DNA from: Protoeuglena noctilucae
Lineage: Eukaryota
DNA: 64,000 nt
Assembly: GCA_958009085.1 (NCBI GenBank)
Contig: OY253673.1
Span: 1 to 64,000 of the forward strand
Direction of reading: 5' to 3'
Shown here: in pieces, positions 27,087 through 40,100 of the stretch
Layout: each line of letters starts with the position of its first letter
How positions within the stretch are numbered: position 1 is the first letter of the stretch
The notes under the pieces: model-generated
Database searches by the model: none
What the model saw: the letters and a program-made list of their open reading frames with translations, nothing else
What the model was told of the DNA's origin: nothing
Made by a program: the position numbers and the translations under genes

Positions 27087-28906
27087 TCACTCGAACACGA
27101 GGGGGTAGATGACGTGACCCCCCTTGGGCGTGGCAGGGAACTGCGCTTCCAGCAGTGCCGATCCCACGTCCAGAATGACCTGGGCCCTGGCGTCATCGGG
27201 GTCGGAGGCACCCCGCGGCTGCAGGGTGTTGGTCAGGAGTTCGAATCCCGCCACCTCCCCCGAGGGCTCCACCTCCAGCCGCCATGTCAGCAGGCCCACC
27301 ACGTCCGGGCCATCGCTCAGCCGAGACTCAATGGCCTGGGGGCACAGGGGGGGGCAGTAAAGACTCGGCTGTCATTAAGCTGTAAGGAGAACCATCATGG
27401 CAATGCATGTGGCAAGTGCGTTAGGGTTAGGGAGGGTGACAGGGGCACGCTACAGCGAAGCAAAGTCCACGGCTGACCCCCACGGTCTCTTAAGCAGTCC
27501 CATCAAGCCATCATCTTTCTCCACCATTCGTCCCTCGCCTGTGTGCACTGGTTAAGTGCCTCCCCGCACGTGGCCTCGTCCAGGTCTCCCCCGTACAAGG
27601 GCGATGGCTCTTTAAACCACCCATGGATGACCAGGCGGGCCTCGCGGGGGTCGCGGGTGCCCTGGGGAGAGGTAAGGACGAGAAGAGACGCGTGTGATGG
27701 AATCCACCATGAAATGGGTTAGTGAAGCGTATTTGTGACACCCCGCATCCGCTTGCACACGCTTCCAAAGCGTATCCCCGCCCCCACTCGCCTGCACGCG
27801 TGCCACCCCGTGGGGCACGCGGGGGTCGAAGACGACCAGGCGGTTGAAGCGGGCCTCCACGGCCTCGACCAGGTCGCCCACCTCGCGGGGCCGCCCGGCC
27901 TCGAAGTCGCCCCACCAGGACAGCGTGGAGGGGCGCAGGAGCAGCGTCTGAGGGAGATGAAAGCAGTGGGCTCCCGGCATGGGCTAGCTGCTTAGCAGCA
28001 TTCAAACAACCACAAGCACTCGTCCACCGTAGCCGGGCAGCCAAGGTGAGAGCCAAGGCGACGCTCACCTCTCCCCCCTCGAAGCGTCGCTGGTCCCATC
28101 GGGTGAGGGACAGGACCAGGGCCCAGGGGCCGTGGGGGTTGTCGCAGTGCAGCGCCTGCTCGCACCCGTCCACGTAGTAGGACAGCCACAGCGGCGTCAG
28201 CTCCGTGCACCCCAGGCGCTCCCGGCCCCAGTCGCGCAGTGCTGCGGGCACAGGACCGCGGCAGTCGATCCAAGGGTTAAGGACAAGCTTCTCGCCATTT
28301 CCGCTCATGTTCCGGGCACCCACCGTCCACGAGCTCCGCGTACAGCGCGGGTGGGAAGTAGTCCTCGGCGCTGGTGCGGACGTGCGTGTACTGCCCCGGG
28401 ACGTGCCTGGGGGGCCCAGGTGGTGACAGATGAGGGCAGGGGCGCGGGTAAAGGGCACTAGCTCAGGTATGCACTCATTAGCAGTGCACATCCATGCTTC
28501 CACTCACCAGTAGTCCCACACAAACCGGTGCCCGTGCACCTCCCGCGGCTCGGCGAAGCGCGCATCAAAGACCGCGCGAAGCCGCTCAGACCCCTGCGGA
28601 TGATTTCCAAGACGGACCCTTGAGCGCCGGTGGAGTGGAGGGGCGCTGCGCCTGCGAGAGAGGAGCCGGCATCAAAGCGGGCCGTACCTCAAAGAAGTCG
28701 TCCTCCACGATCAGCCCCAGGGGCTCCGTGTCCAGCTCTGCCTCCACGTGCCCTTCTACGTCGTCCAAAAAATCGTCCTGCGTCGGCATCGGAGGGGTCG
28801 GTCCAGCGGACGCGGCCCGCTGCGCCGCCGAGTGCGCACGATCGCTCCCTCGCCTCTTCTTCCCCGTGGCTGTGGTCGCCGTGGTCGCATCCAGCCTCTC
28901 TATCAT
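27087..28906 (-). CDS. 2-oxoglutarate/Fe(II)-dependent oxygenase (multi-exon)
   Basis: IVEDDFF, WLSYYVDGCEQALHCDNPHGPWALVLSLT (HxD), FEGGET, FNRLVVFDPRVPHGV (distal His), RLVIHGWF. Confidence 0.88.
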
Positions 28907-29431
28907 GATATGCGCAAGCTCGAGTGTCCCGCGCTGACCAGCGTTGAACCACACGCCGCAATCGCGAGCCTGGCCGCGCCCCCGCCGGCAGGCGGGCCAG
29001 CACAGGGCGCGACGAGGAGCATCCTCTCGCGGTGCCTGAATTGAACCCACGACACTCCTCCGGGAAGGGACGGCCGACTGGCCAGGCGCTCATGGCGCGG
29101 GGCGCGGGGACCTCGCCGCCAGCGCGTCACGTTCGGGTCGGGCGTCGCCCAGGACGCCGCGCCGGGGCTTTGGCTGCGACACGCCACTGCAGTAGCGATG
29201 CCCCTCTCTGGCAGTCCGCTCTACTGTGCGCATAAGAGCCGAATTTCTCCGCTGGCGGTGCCAGCGTCGCGCATTTGCCCTGTGCCCGTGGAATCCCGGC
29301 CCAGACCTCTCCGCAGCCGCGCTTCGCCCCAGCAAACGCGAGACGTGCACCTGTCTGCATGGAATCGCTGCCGTTACGCTCGCTTTCGCTCGAGTAACGG
29401 GATTCCAGTTTTGGGCACGCGGTTGGAGGGC

Positions 29432-30320
29432 ATGCGGGTCGCCGCGCTCGCCGAGGCTCGCTGCCTCGGTCGCATGACGCCGCGTCGCGTGGCCTGTCGC
29501 GCCGATAGCCGCCCCGACAGGCCTGTGTTTGAGATGGCCCCGCCTAGAGGGCTCGTCACGCTCGCAGACGCTCGGTGAGGCTCCTGGATCAGCTTATTCG
29601 CTCGATACGCGTCGCCTCGATCGCGCGCTCAAGGTCGGAGCTTCTTTTCCGTCCTCGACCTTTTTCGCGAGCAGCGGGACCTCGCGGCGACCCTCGACTG
29701 CGTCGTCGAGACCATTGCATGCAAATTAAGGGAGCTGCGGCCCCATTTCGCTCCGCGCCCGCTCGAGAGGACGCCCCCAAGGCGCATGTCGAGTTTTCGC
29801 GTTTTCTCCGACCGCCGTGGCAATCGCGAGCTAGACACTTGTACATTTTGCGCTCTTGAGCATGAATCGCGCGCCAGGGGCACGAGCGAGCGGCCGACGA
29901 CGCGGTTTTTCGTCTAACAACCTTCGGAGCTTTCCCCGCGACCTCCTGGACCTCCGTTCCACCGCAGGGACGCATGGGAGTGTTGCCGAGGTCTCACTGG
30001 CGTCGCGCGCACGGCCTGCTACAGCCAGTTCGGCGCAGACGCGGACAAGGTGCGCCCTCTACTCCCGCGGGCGAGCGCTTACGGCCTGGTGCTCCCCCGT
30101 GCCTGACCGCTGCCTCTCCGGGCTTTTGCAGGTTGAGAGGTATCTGTGGGCCGTCGAGGACCTGGAGGAGCAGCTCCACCGGGGCGAGGAGATGGTCTTC
30201 AAGCTGGGGCCCCTGAAGATATGCGTCGACGTCGACTTCCTGCGGCACATGCATCGCGTGACGGGCCGAAACGAGGGCGCGGCGGCGTCGTTGGGAGGTG
30301 CCGGGGAAGCAGCCCACTGA
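29432..30320 (+). CDS. Small hypothetical protein, possibly organelle-targeted (spliced)
   Basis: Arg/Ala-rich first exon with GT donor at ~29575; acceptors at ~29966 and ~30131; last exon VERYLWAVEDLEEQLHRGEEMVFKLGPLKICVDVDFLRHMH has host-like codon usage. Confidence 0.45.
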
Positions 30321-30564
30321 CGCGGGTGGGAGCGCGCGCGCGGTCGTCCTCGCTGCGCGCGCTTCACGTCCGCAGGCCTCTCCCACAACTCCCGGACCCC
30401 TCGTCTTCCCGTTTGCCTATGTGTGTCTATGCGCGCATGCTCTCACGCATAGAGCCGCCGTCTTTGCTACGAGTCGTTTTCCCCGCACCGTGTGCCCGTG
30501 TGCCCAAGGGAGCACGGGGCGACTGTGTTGTGACCAGGCCCTTCCATGACGACCCGTCTTGAAG

Positions 30565-31153
30565 TCATGGTGGGGACGGCTCACGCCGCCGCAACTCGGC
30601 GAGTCTTGCCTTAGCAGCCGAGATGCGACCCTCCACTTCCGCCGTCGCGTTCCTGCTCGGACGAAGAAGGCACGGTGCAGTGACTCGTGCCCACCCATAC
30701 TCCACGCCGCTGAGGAACGGCGGCGCGCCGGCTCTGACCTGTAGCTCGAGCACGTCCAATAGGCGCGGCCGAAGTCCCCGACCGTGCCCACGACCACCGC
30801 CACCTTAAAGGGGGTCTGCGAGGCACAGGGAAGGGAACGGGTGCTCCGGGGTATGACGCACGTTAAACCCGCGCCTTAGACTACCTGCCATGCGTTGCTG
30901 GGGATGGGATTGAGACGCAGCTGCGCGCGTCTCCGCCCCAGTTCCGCACCCACGACTTCCACGCGCGCCCCGCCACGACGGCGAGCACACAGGCGATCGG
31001 AGAAACGACCCATGCGCTCGACGTGAAGCAATCCGTGTATTGCTCGCTCAGGGAGCGATGGCGGCCCTCCAACACCTGGATGTACGCCGACAGCTCGCTC
31101 TCGCTCGCGCCGGCGTCCACCCCGCGCATCCCCACGCCGCGGTTATGCGCCAT
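30565..31153 (-). CDS. Small hypothetical protein (spliced; coiled-coil and hydrophobic segment)
   Basis: ELSAYIQVLEGRHRSLSEQY...WVVSPIACVLAVVAG and AEVEGRISAAKARLAELRRR segments are flanked by plausible splice sites. Confidence 0.35.
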
Positions 31154-31692
31154 CCGCGCGACTCAATGGGCTACGTCATGCATCCAGTCCGTGGGAGCCC
31201 CTCCGCAAACAAGTTTTGCGGAGGCACAGGATGAGCTCGAGCGTGTCCCAAAACGGCCGTATGGGTTCTCTGTGCAACATCAGATGAGCTGGGCTGACGC
31301 ATCGGCAAGTCAGGACTGAGGAGGCGTGTCAGCGGGGCTCGACTGGGGAGGTGTGATGCGCTGCTGGCGAGCACAGCACTGGCGAGCCATGTGCCAGCGA
31401 GCCCAGGATTGGGCGAGGCGTCCCGTTGGCTCTGGCCCCAACTCGGACTATCACTGATTGCATCGCAAGGCCGACGGCGAGCCATCGCGCACGGACAGCG
31501 TCGGAGCGTGTCCTGATTATCCCAAGGGCCGGCCTGGGGCAGCGTGGATCGCGCCAGGTGTGACGCCACAACGCCGATATGCTCGATGCTGTCAGAGGAT
31601 GCCGCCTCGGCGCAGCTGGGAGCGCGCTGGATGGCCTGGCCGTGGCACAGCACGGGGCATTGCTGATTCGCGCAGGTGGCGCTGTATCGGAG

Positions 31693-33327
31693 ATGGCCGG
31701 CCGAAGGAAGAAGGCGAAAACGTCTGGGAGGGGCGTAAAGCGCGCTCGCGTGGGTGTGGGCGCGGTGGCTGTGCACCGGCGACGACGCGGCGAGCATGGG
31801 AAGCCACCCTGGCGGTTGCAACCACGTAGCCCGTCCACATCGCTGCGCGCAGGGTGGAACGACCTGCCTGGCGAGCTGCATCGCGAGATCCTGCGGCTGG
31901 TGCCACTGCGCGACGCGACGGAGGCGCGGCAGGTGTCGCGGGAGATGCGCGATGAGGTGGATGAGACGTGGCGGGCGTGGGGGATCCGGGTCAGGAGACG
32001 CAGGGGAGAGCTGCGCGAGGGGAAGCGTGAAGTCCGGCCATGGGTGTTGGACCGGGACATGTGCTCTTACTCGCATTCGCACCATTTGGCGAGCATGGGG
32101 CTGGTGAGGCTGGCGTGGCTGGTGGAGCAGGGGCCCCATCTTCACAGCTCTCCGCTCGAGCATGCGTTCTGGAGCCGGCGACACACGTCCCTGCGCGGAC
32201 AGACGCCGCTGATGCTGGCGGTGCAGGCGCGGCGACCGGTGGGGCGCGGGGCGGACGGCAAGGTGGAGTGGGCGTACGCGCTGGGGGACGAGGAGGTGGC
32301 ACGGGCGGTGCGAGCGGCGGTGGCGGCGGGGGCGGATGTCAACCGGCGTTTTCACCAGGCCTTGCCGTTGATGTCGTACTGCACGGAGCGGGGATGCCTG
32401 GAGGCGGTCAAGGCGTGCCTGGCGGCAAAGGCGGATGTGAATGCGGTGGACCCCAACTCCACTACGGCGCTGGTGTTTGCCGCACACGGGGGCCACGAGG
32501 CGTTGGTGGGGGCGCTGCTGGAGGCGGGTGCGTCAGTCAAGGCTGGGAACCGGACGGTGGAGGTGTGCGAGTTGGTGAGGGACGGCTGGCCGACCGCTGG
32601 GACTGTAAAGCGCCTGGTGGAGGCGGGGGCGCGGGCGAGCGTGGATCGCTACCCGTGCATGGTCTCCGCGGCGGATCTCGGCGACGTCGCCGTGATGGAG
32701 GCGCTGGTGGAGCTGGGGGCCGACGTGGGCAGGCGCAACAGCGATGGCTACACCGCGATGCACTTTGCGGCGTCCGGGGAGGTGGTGCGGTGGCTCGTGC
32801 AGCGCGGGGTGAGCGTCCAGGCGACGACGGGCGACGCGCGTCGTGGCTCCCCGCTCATGAGCGCCTGCCAATGGGGCTCAGTCGACGTGGCACGCGCGCT
32901 GGTGGAGGCGGGAGCGGACGTGCGATTCGCCGATGAGCGGGGCAAGACGGCGCTGCACATCGTGGTGGCCCTGGACTGTGAGGGCGCCATGGAGGGCACA
33001 GCGGCTGCATTGACGCGGCTGCTGCTGGAAGCGGGGGCGGACCCGGGGGCGGCGGACCGCGACGGCAGGACCCCCCTGCACAAGGTGGTCTATGCCGCGT
33101 GCGTGGACTTGCTGGTGGATGCCGGGGCGGACCTGGAGGCGCGGGACAGCTTGGGCAGGACGCCCATCTACGCTGCGCTGGAGGCCAAGTTCCTGAGGCA
33201 GCGGCGGCTGGTGTTCTCTCGCATGGTGGAGCGGGGCGCCAACCTGGTCGACACGGGCGGCAGGCGCGGGCTGGTGCAGAGGCGCGTGAGGGAGCTGCAG
33301 GACATGCTGACCAATGGGAGGCTGTAG
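31693..33327 (+). CDS. Intronless F-box + ankyrin-repeat protein
   Basis: WNDLPGELHREILRLVPLRDATEARQVSREMR (F-box-like), then many ankyrin repeats (GQTPLMLA, TALVFAA..GH, GYTAMHFAA, GSPLMSAC, GKTALHIV, GRTPLH, GRTPIYAA). An alternative ATG lies at 31579. Confidence 0.88.
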   Translation: MAGRRKKAKTSGRGVKRARVGVGAVAVHRRRRGEHGKPPWRLQPRSPSTSLRAGWNDLPGELHREILRLVPLRDATEARQVSREMRDEVDETWRAWGIRVRRRRGELREGKREVRPWVLDRDMCSYSHSHHLASMGLVRLAWLVEQGPHLHSSPLEHAFWSRRHTSLRGQTPLMLAVQARRPVGRGADGKVEWAYALGDEEVARAVRAAVAAGADVNRRFHQALPLMSYCTERGCLEAVKACLAAKADVNAVDPNSTTALVFAAHGGHEALVGALLEAGASVKAGNRTVEVCELVRDGWPTAGTVKRLVEAGARASVDRYPCMVSAADLGDVAVMEALVELGADVGRRNSDGYTAMHFAASGEVVRWLVQRGVSVQATTGDARRGSPLMSACQWGSVDVARALVEAGADVRFADERGKTALHIVVALDCEGAMEGTAAALTRLLLEAGADPGAADRDGRTPLHKVVYAACVDLLVDAGADLEARDSLGRTPIYAALEAKFLRQRRLVFSRMVERGANLVDTGGRRGLVQRRVRELQDMLTNGRL

Positions 33328-33381
33328 AGAGCGCGAGGGCAGCTGCAGAGAGCATTCGTTCCGGCTTCGTTGAAAGAGCAG

Positions 33382-35781
33382 TCACCCGCCGGCATCGTCG
33401 CCACGCCTGCCCCACTCTAGCACCGCTGCGGGTGGCCCCACCGGGTCCTCGTCCCCTGCATCCCCCCACAGCCGCGCCAGGTCCTCGGCAAGGCCCTCCA
33501 GCACCGCCCATTCACGGTCCCCCCACGCATCCCTCTGTCGCTTGCCCACCGTCACCGCCCCCACCCTCTCCCCATCCATCACCACGGCACAGGCGGCGCA
33601 CGTCCCCAGGCGCGTGAGCTCTGCCCCCGGGCGCAGGTGCTCCATCGCTGGCTTGAGCAGGCGGGCGTCGTTGACACGCACGAAAGGGGCACTGGGTGGC
33701 ACGAGGGGCAGAGTCGGTGAATGACTGACGTGGGAAGAGAGGAAGCGGCCAGCAGGGTGCGCTATGCGGGGCGCTGGGCACCTCCGGGCATAGCGCACGT
33801 CGGCAGCCGGGAGGGAGTGGCGGTCTTGGGAGGCGTGGCAGAGGGGCGTGTCTGGCCAGTCGGCCAGAGGGGCGGCGGGGTCGGCCATCCACGCGGCACG
33901 GCGCAAGAAGACGTCTGCGGGGGGAGTGGCAGCATGCATCGTGCATCACCTGTCAGCGTGAACGGGAGCGTTTGAAGGGCAGCAAGTGATCGCAACACCT
34001 GCAATGTGGCTCGGCCAAGCACCCACCGGTGTGCACATCGACCTTTCGGAAAGCGTCGAGGAGGTCTCTGTCGCTGGGGGACGAGGAACCCTGGCTGCCC
34101 GGGTCTCCCTCTGGGCCCAGGTCTCGCAGGTCCCCCACCTCCGTCCCTGCGACATGACACATGACTCTTGTTTGGGAGATGCAACAGACCCTGTGGCGCT
34201 GTGGCAATCTCTCTTGCCGTAAAACACCCTCACCGTCCGGCAGCGTTGCCTGAAGGGCCCTTCCCGTCGGGGCCGCCACCGCCGCCAGTGCCGCCACCGC
34301 CGCCCAGCGCGGCACGGCCAGCATGCACGCCGCGGCCCTGGGCTCCCCCGGCAGTGACCACGTCGCGAGTGCCGTCAGGTGCTGCCGGTGGAAGGTCAGC
34401 CCGCAGGCCAGGTGGTCGCACCCCAGCCGCGCCTGGGCTGTCAGACACGCTGACACGGCCGCGTCTGTCGCCAGGAAACGGCGGTGGAGGGAGCGGGCCT
34501 GGGGAGAAGGAGAAATGCGATGGAGACAACGGGGCAGCGGCAGGCGGGGGCATGCGTGCATGCGTCTGCATAACCTCACCTGCAGCAAACGCAGCCGCCG
34601 CAGCTCCTGTGCGGGGGTCGGGTGGGGCCACCGCTCCAGGAAGGCCGGCCCCGTCAACGGCGGCGCCGGGGACACCCGGGGCCCAGCTGGTGTGTGCTCT
34701 GCCTCCTTGCCAGCCCCGGGCTCCCCAACTGCCGCGTCTGCTTTGCTCCTGACCCTCGCCCTCCACAGCTCCGACAGCATCGCGCCTGCCTCCGTTGCCC
34801 GCGCGGAGAGGATCTCCTGCATGGCAGTAGAGACCCAGGTGATGCTCGGCACACGCTCATGACATGCTGACAACAACAACTGTAGCAGTGTGCGATTGGT
34901 GTGCGCGCGCCCGCCCCTCGCCTGCTCCTGCCAGCTCCACTCCCCGCCAGCCCCATGGACCCGGGACCCAAGCCGTTGAGAGAGGCCTGGGGACAGGGGC
35001 ATCGCGTGGCATGGCAAGACAGAGAGAGAGGGGTCGCGTGGCAAGGCCCATGTCAAGACTGGCATGCATCCCAGACCCTCACTCTGCCTGCAGTGCTGCG
35101 CGTGGGGTTGTGTCTCCGACCCCAGTCGCTCCGGGAAGGCATGGCGGCCATAGACACGAGCCCCCACGCCATAGGACCCCTCCCCACGCATGCCCTCCAT
35201 CACAGCATCCACGGTCGACGCATCCTCCCACCACGGGCCGGCACCCGACTCTGCGGGCGATGGTTAGACGGCGCACATGCGCCACGCGAGCAGTGGGCTG
35301 ATGGGCAGGCAAACACCCACGCCCGCATGCAGCCTCACCCTCAGAGACACGCTCTGCCAGCGCGCGGCTCTGCAGAAAGTCTCGTTCCCGCATCGGCATC
35401 GCGTGTCCGGACCCCACGCCGCTCAGCGCCTCCCGCAGCGCCGCCTGGAGCCGCGGGAATTGCATCGCCAGTGCGTCGGCCTTGGTCCCAGCCCCCGACA
35501 GCGAACGCACGAGGAGGCTTCTGCGAAATTCCAGAGCGGATGTGGCAGCGTGCGTCACGGAAGCGGAAAGAGGCGGGCAATGCGGGGCATGCGGGTGAAT
35601 AGGCGGCGCACCTGGCCAATGTGTCGTCCGCCAGCGCGATGAGGAGCGTGAGCGCATCGTCCAGAGCGCGCGACACAGCCCGCAACGCGATATCCAGCTT
35701 GTCGACATCCTCTTCGCTGCACAGGAGGTGCTCCGCGTCCCTGCATGGGCCGAAGTCGCTTGGATTTGAAGTAGGCTGCAT
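33382..35781 (-). CDS. Hypothetical multi-exon protein
   Basis: Helical coding-like blocks (EEDVDKLDIALRAVSRALDDALTLLIALADD; MQEILSARATEAGAMLSELW; LHRRFLATDAAVSACL) separated by GT-AG introns; no family recognised and ends are uncertain. Confidence 0.4.
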
Positions 35782-37128
35782 GCCTGCGTGGCCAATTCGC
35801 CTACACCGCCGGCGCCTAGCGGTCTAAGGGTACCTGAGGATTCTCACAAGGGTCCTTGCATCTTTCTTAAGGTAGCGGACGGACAGATACGTGGTGCCGA
35901 CGGCGCTGAGGAGAACGGCGACGGCATTTCGTGCAGAGCTGTCGGCAGGCCCCTGCGTCGTCATTGGGCCATAATTAAGAGGATAAGCACCCAGGAGTAT
36001 TCAATACATGTCAAGCGATCCGCGACGGTCAAATGTACCGCCTGCCGGGCCATGAGGCGCGAGGAAGGGCCGAGCGAGTGGCAGCGTTTCCGTCAACATC
36101 CCGCACGCCGAACCTGGAGCGGCAGGGATCCCAGGAGGGTGCAGGGTGCGGATTGAGCGGGGGCAACCTGGACAGATGCCCCGCAGCCCATGGCAGGGAG
36201 GCACAGGGCCTTGACTGGCTTGGGGTCCTGGAAGAGCAGGGCAAGCGATGACTGGGCGGTTCGCCCTGTGATAAATCGGAATCTGGAGGGCCGATCGCGG
36301 CCCAGTCTGTGCTGCAGCGCCTTTGGTGGAACACTGACAGCCAGTCAGTGGTGGCCGTGCCAGAACGCGGCAGGCGTGGCTGAGGGCGCAGCTTTATGTG
36401 TGTCTGTCTCCACAGCTCTGAATCCGGGCCACGCCGGCATCGCCGAATCTTTCACATGCCAGGACATTCAAAGGAAAGTTACATGCCACGTCCACCACAT
36501 CGTAGTAACAGGGCACACGCATGCATGGGGGCAGCTCCCTCCACAGAGCCCCATCCCCCCTATGCCGCCGCAATGGGACCGCGCGCGAGCGACGCGGACA
36601 GGGTGCGTGCGGGCTCGACGGCCGGGGCCGGAGACGCCGCCGCAGAGCCGTGTCGGTGTCAGTCCGTCGGCGCAGGCACCCGGCCCGGGCATAGCTATGG
36701 GCCGGGTGGGTCCGCGTCCCCCCATTGCGGCGGCTGCTAACGACCGCGGCGTGCGCGTGTGCCCCGGAAGGATGCAGGCACACGGGCCGCGTGATCTGCT
36801 GGAAACGGAAAGGATGCGGTGCGCGGGAGCCTCGCGCTCGAAGCCCCGGGAATCATTTGCGATGCGCGCGTTCGTGGTAAACAGCACCGAGGATGAAACC
36901 GTGCATGACATGACATGGAATGGCAGTGGGACCACCAGGGGTGCGAGGGAACTCCACGGCATGCTCCGGCCATCGCCGCGCATGCGAGCAAGCGGGCGCG
37001 TGGGCGGGTGAGAGACCTCGTGGTGGGAATCACGACAAACAGTCACGAAGAAAGACTTGAGAGTAGTGCCGATGATGATCAGAGTACCGATGGTCCGCGT
37101 GACAGGCGACCAGTCACATCACAGCACG

Positions 37129-40100
37129 TCACGCCTCGTCTGTGCGCCTGGGGGTGCTGGTGCCGCCAGGGGTGCCCGTGGCGGGCGTGCCGCCCATGCG
37201 GAAGCTGGCGTTGCGCCTGGGGCTGCCCGGGGGCGACCCCTGCGCGGGCCCCGGCCTCAGCGCGGCGTCCAGACCCTCAGTGCCAATGCGGACCTCCAGC
37301 AGACGCTGGGAGCGCTGCGGGGGGCAAGAGGGGGGCGAAAGTGGGCATGCGTGGTGGCAAGAGAGAAGCATTGGTGGGCATGCGTGTTGCGTCGTGGTAC
37401 ACGATGCTGGCAGTGGCAGGGGAGTGCAAGTGCCGTGCATGCCGTCCCTCACCCGCGTGAGCCCCGGCAGGTCCAGCCGCGCGTAGGGCTCCCCAGCCAT
37501 GGACACGAATCGCTGGCTGGGCATCCGGGCCAGGCGTGGGTCGGGGATGGTGGCCTCCACGGGGGGAGGCACGCGGAAGTCACGGCGACTGGGGGCATCG
37601 CCCCTGCAGATGGGAGGGGGTGTGAGGCGGTCAGGGCCGGAAGATGAGAGGGTTACATGGGACATGGGACCCGAGCCGCGGATGAGTGTCAACAGACGCA
37701 TGGCAGTGAGCACGCGGCACTAGCCTCGNNNNNNNNNNNNNNNNNNNNNNNNNNNNNNNNNNNNNNNNNNNNNNNNNNNNNNNNNNNNNNNNNNNNNNNN
37801 NNNNNNNNNNNNNNNNNNNNNNNNNNNNNNNNNNNNNNNNNNNNNNNNNNNNNNNNNNNNNNNNNNNNNNNNNNNNNNNNNNNNNNNNNNNNNNNNNNNN
37901 NNNNNNNNNNNNNNNNNNNNNNNNNNNNTGATGACGACCGTGGCGGTGCCGGCCGGGAGGCTGTCGGTGTGGCCGCACTTGACGGCGTTGGGCGTGAAAG
38001 TGAGGGAGGACGCCCACGCGCACTGCACCGTCTCGTCCCATGGAGCGATGCGGGGGGCCACGGTGACTTCCCAGCTGACGGTGGCGGGGGCTGATAGGGC
38101 GAAGGTGAGGGTGAGGGAGTTGTTGGTGGCCGCGGTGACCTTGACGCTCAAGACGATGGGCGCGGAGACGTCGAAGGGCGGCGGGGGCGACGGGGGCGGG
38201 GGCGAGGGTGGCGGGGGCGGCGAGGGCGTCACGGCCGAAGCCCAGGGCTTGGACAGGAAGGCGTAGACCTGCTCGGCGTCGAGTTTGTGGAGGACCTCGG
38301 TGGCCGGGGCGCCGACGACCAGCACGCCATCGTAGCGGCCGCCCAGGGTACCCCCGCCGATGGCCACGCTGCTGCCGAAGGCGTTGCCGGGGCTGTGGTC
38401 CTGGGCCCCCAAAGACTCGGCGAGCGCCCACGCGCCCTTGCTGGCGTCGAAGCGGTACAGGAAGCCCGCGCCCGTGGCCGCGTCGCCCGCGAAGGTCGCA
38501 CCGGGCGCGCCCACCAGCACGGAGAGGGCATCGGGGCTGACGGACACGGAGGCACCGAACTGGGCGCCGGAGACGGAGCCCACGGGGGGCGAGAAGGTCG
38601 CCTGGAGGTGCCCCGTCGCGTCGAACACGTAGGCCGCCCCTCCTCCTGACACGGCCGGGGCGCCCACCACCACCGTGCCGCTTGCCACGGCCACGGCGGA
38701 CCCGAATGCCCCCTTGGTGGCGCCCGCGGGGGGCGAGAGGGTGGCTGCGACGGACCAGGTGCCCGAGGCCTGCTTGAAGAGGGTCACGCGCCCGTCCCCA
38801 TTCGCGGCCCCGGGAGCTCCCGCCGCAAGGAGGGTGCCGTCCGCGTTGAGGGCCGTGGAGGTGCCCAGGCGGTCGCCCGGGGACCCCAGGAAGAGGTTTT
38901 GGGGAGGGCTGTAGTCGGCCCAGGTCCCGTTGCTCTGGCGCTGCGCCAGAAACACGCCGCCTTTGTCGCCCGACCGCCCGGGGGCGCCGACGGCCACGAG
39001 CGCGCCGCTACGGCTCATGCTGACGGACTGCTCGCCGGCGCCGAGCTCGTCGCCCGCCGACGCGCCGGCAGGCACCCAGGGCATGCCGGCGGCCAGCTGC
39101 CACATGGCAGACCCCCCCGTGCGGGTGTAGACGTACACCTTGCCGGCGACGGGCATGGCGTTGGGGGCGCGCGGGTCCGTGTGGGACGCGGCTACGACCA
39201 GGTACGTCCCGGACGCGTCCACATCGATGGAAGACCCGAACATGTCGCCCGCGGCTGGGGATGGGGCCGTGAGGGTCTGGGCGTAGGCGTAGGCGCCCCC
39301 GGACTGGGAGTAGACGTACACCTTGCCGGCGTTGTTGGCACCGCTGACGACGGCGTGCGGGGCGCTGACGACCATGAGGGTCCCGTCGGGCGTCACGGCC
39401 AAGCTCGTGCCCAGCGCGTCGTCCGCCTCGGCATCCGGGGCCACGTCCGACGTCTGGGGATGAGAGATAACGGCAGAGGAGTGAGTCAAGTGAAGGAGAA
39501 GGGACGGCGAGCAAGGGAGCGGGGCGTGGGAGGCGGGAGGTGGGGAAAGGTGGGGAGCGGGGCAGCGTGGGCACAGCGGGGTGAGGCGTGGGGCAGGGAG
39601 CGGGGCACAGCTGGGCTGGGGGTAAAGAATCTGAGCTTGTCACCTGGACGTAGTTTTGGAGAACGACGGGTGCGTTGGGCGCCCGGGGTGGCGGGGGAGG
39701 GGGCGGCGGCGGGGGCGGGGAGGGCTTGGACCCAGGCCCCGCCAGGAGCCACAGGTTGAAGCTGGGGTCCCGGTAGTAGTTGTAGTTGACGTTCCCGATC
39801 TGGGGCGCCCGCTGGCTGTCCCCCCGGTCGGCCCCGAGGGTGAGGACCCGGCCGTCATCGGAGATGCGCACTAAGTCCGTCAAGTACATGGCCAGGGTGT
39901 GGGAGTTGTCCTGGAGGGGCACCTGGGGATGAGAAAAGAGAGCGATGGGGTGAGGCGGGTTGGGGGGGTCAGGCCCAGGGTGGGTGGGCTGCACGAGCAG
40001 TGCGCGTCGATCGTGCTACCCCACCCAATCAAGAAGAGTATCTGGCCCTCGCCTGGCTGTTGGGCAGGATCTGCTGCAGGAAGAGGTAGGCGTTGAATTG

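Noticed and set aside
35800..37100. 273-aa ORF 36190-37011 and overlapping ORFs
   Set aside because: No motifs, no host-like codon bias and no convincing splice pattern; treated as intergenic or UTR.
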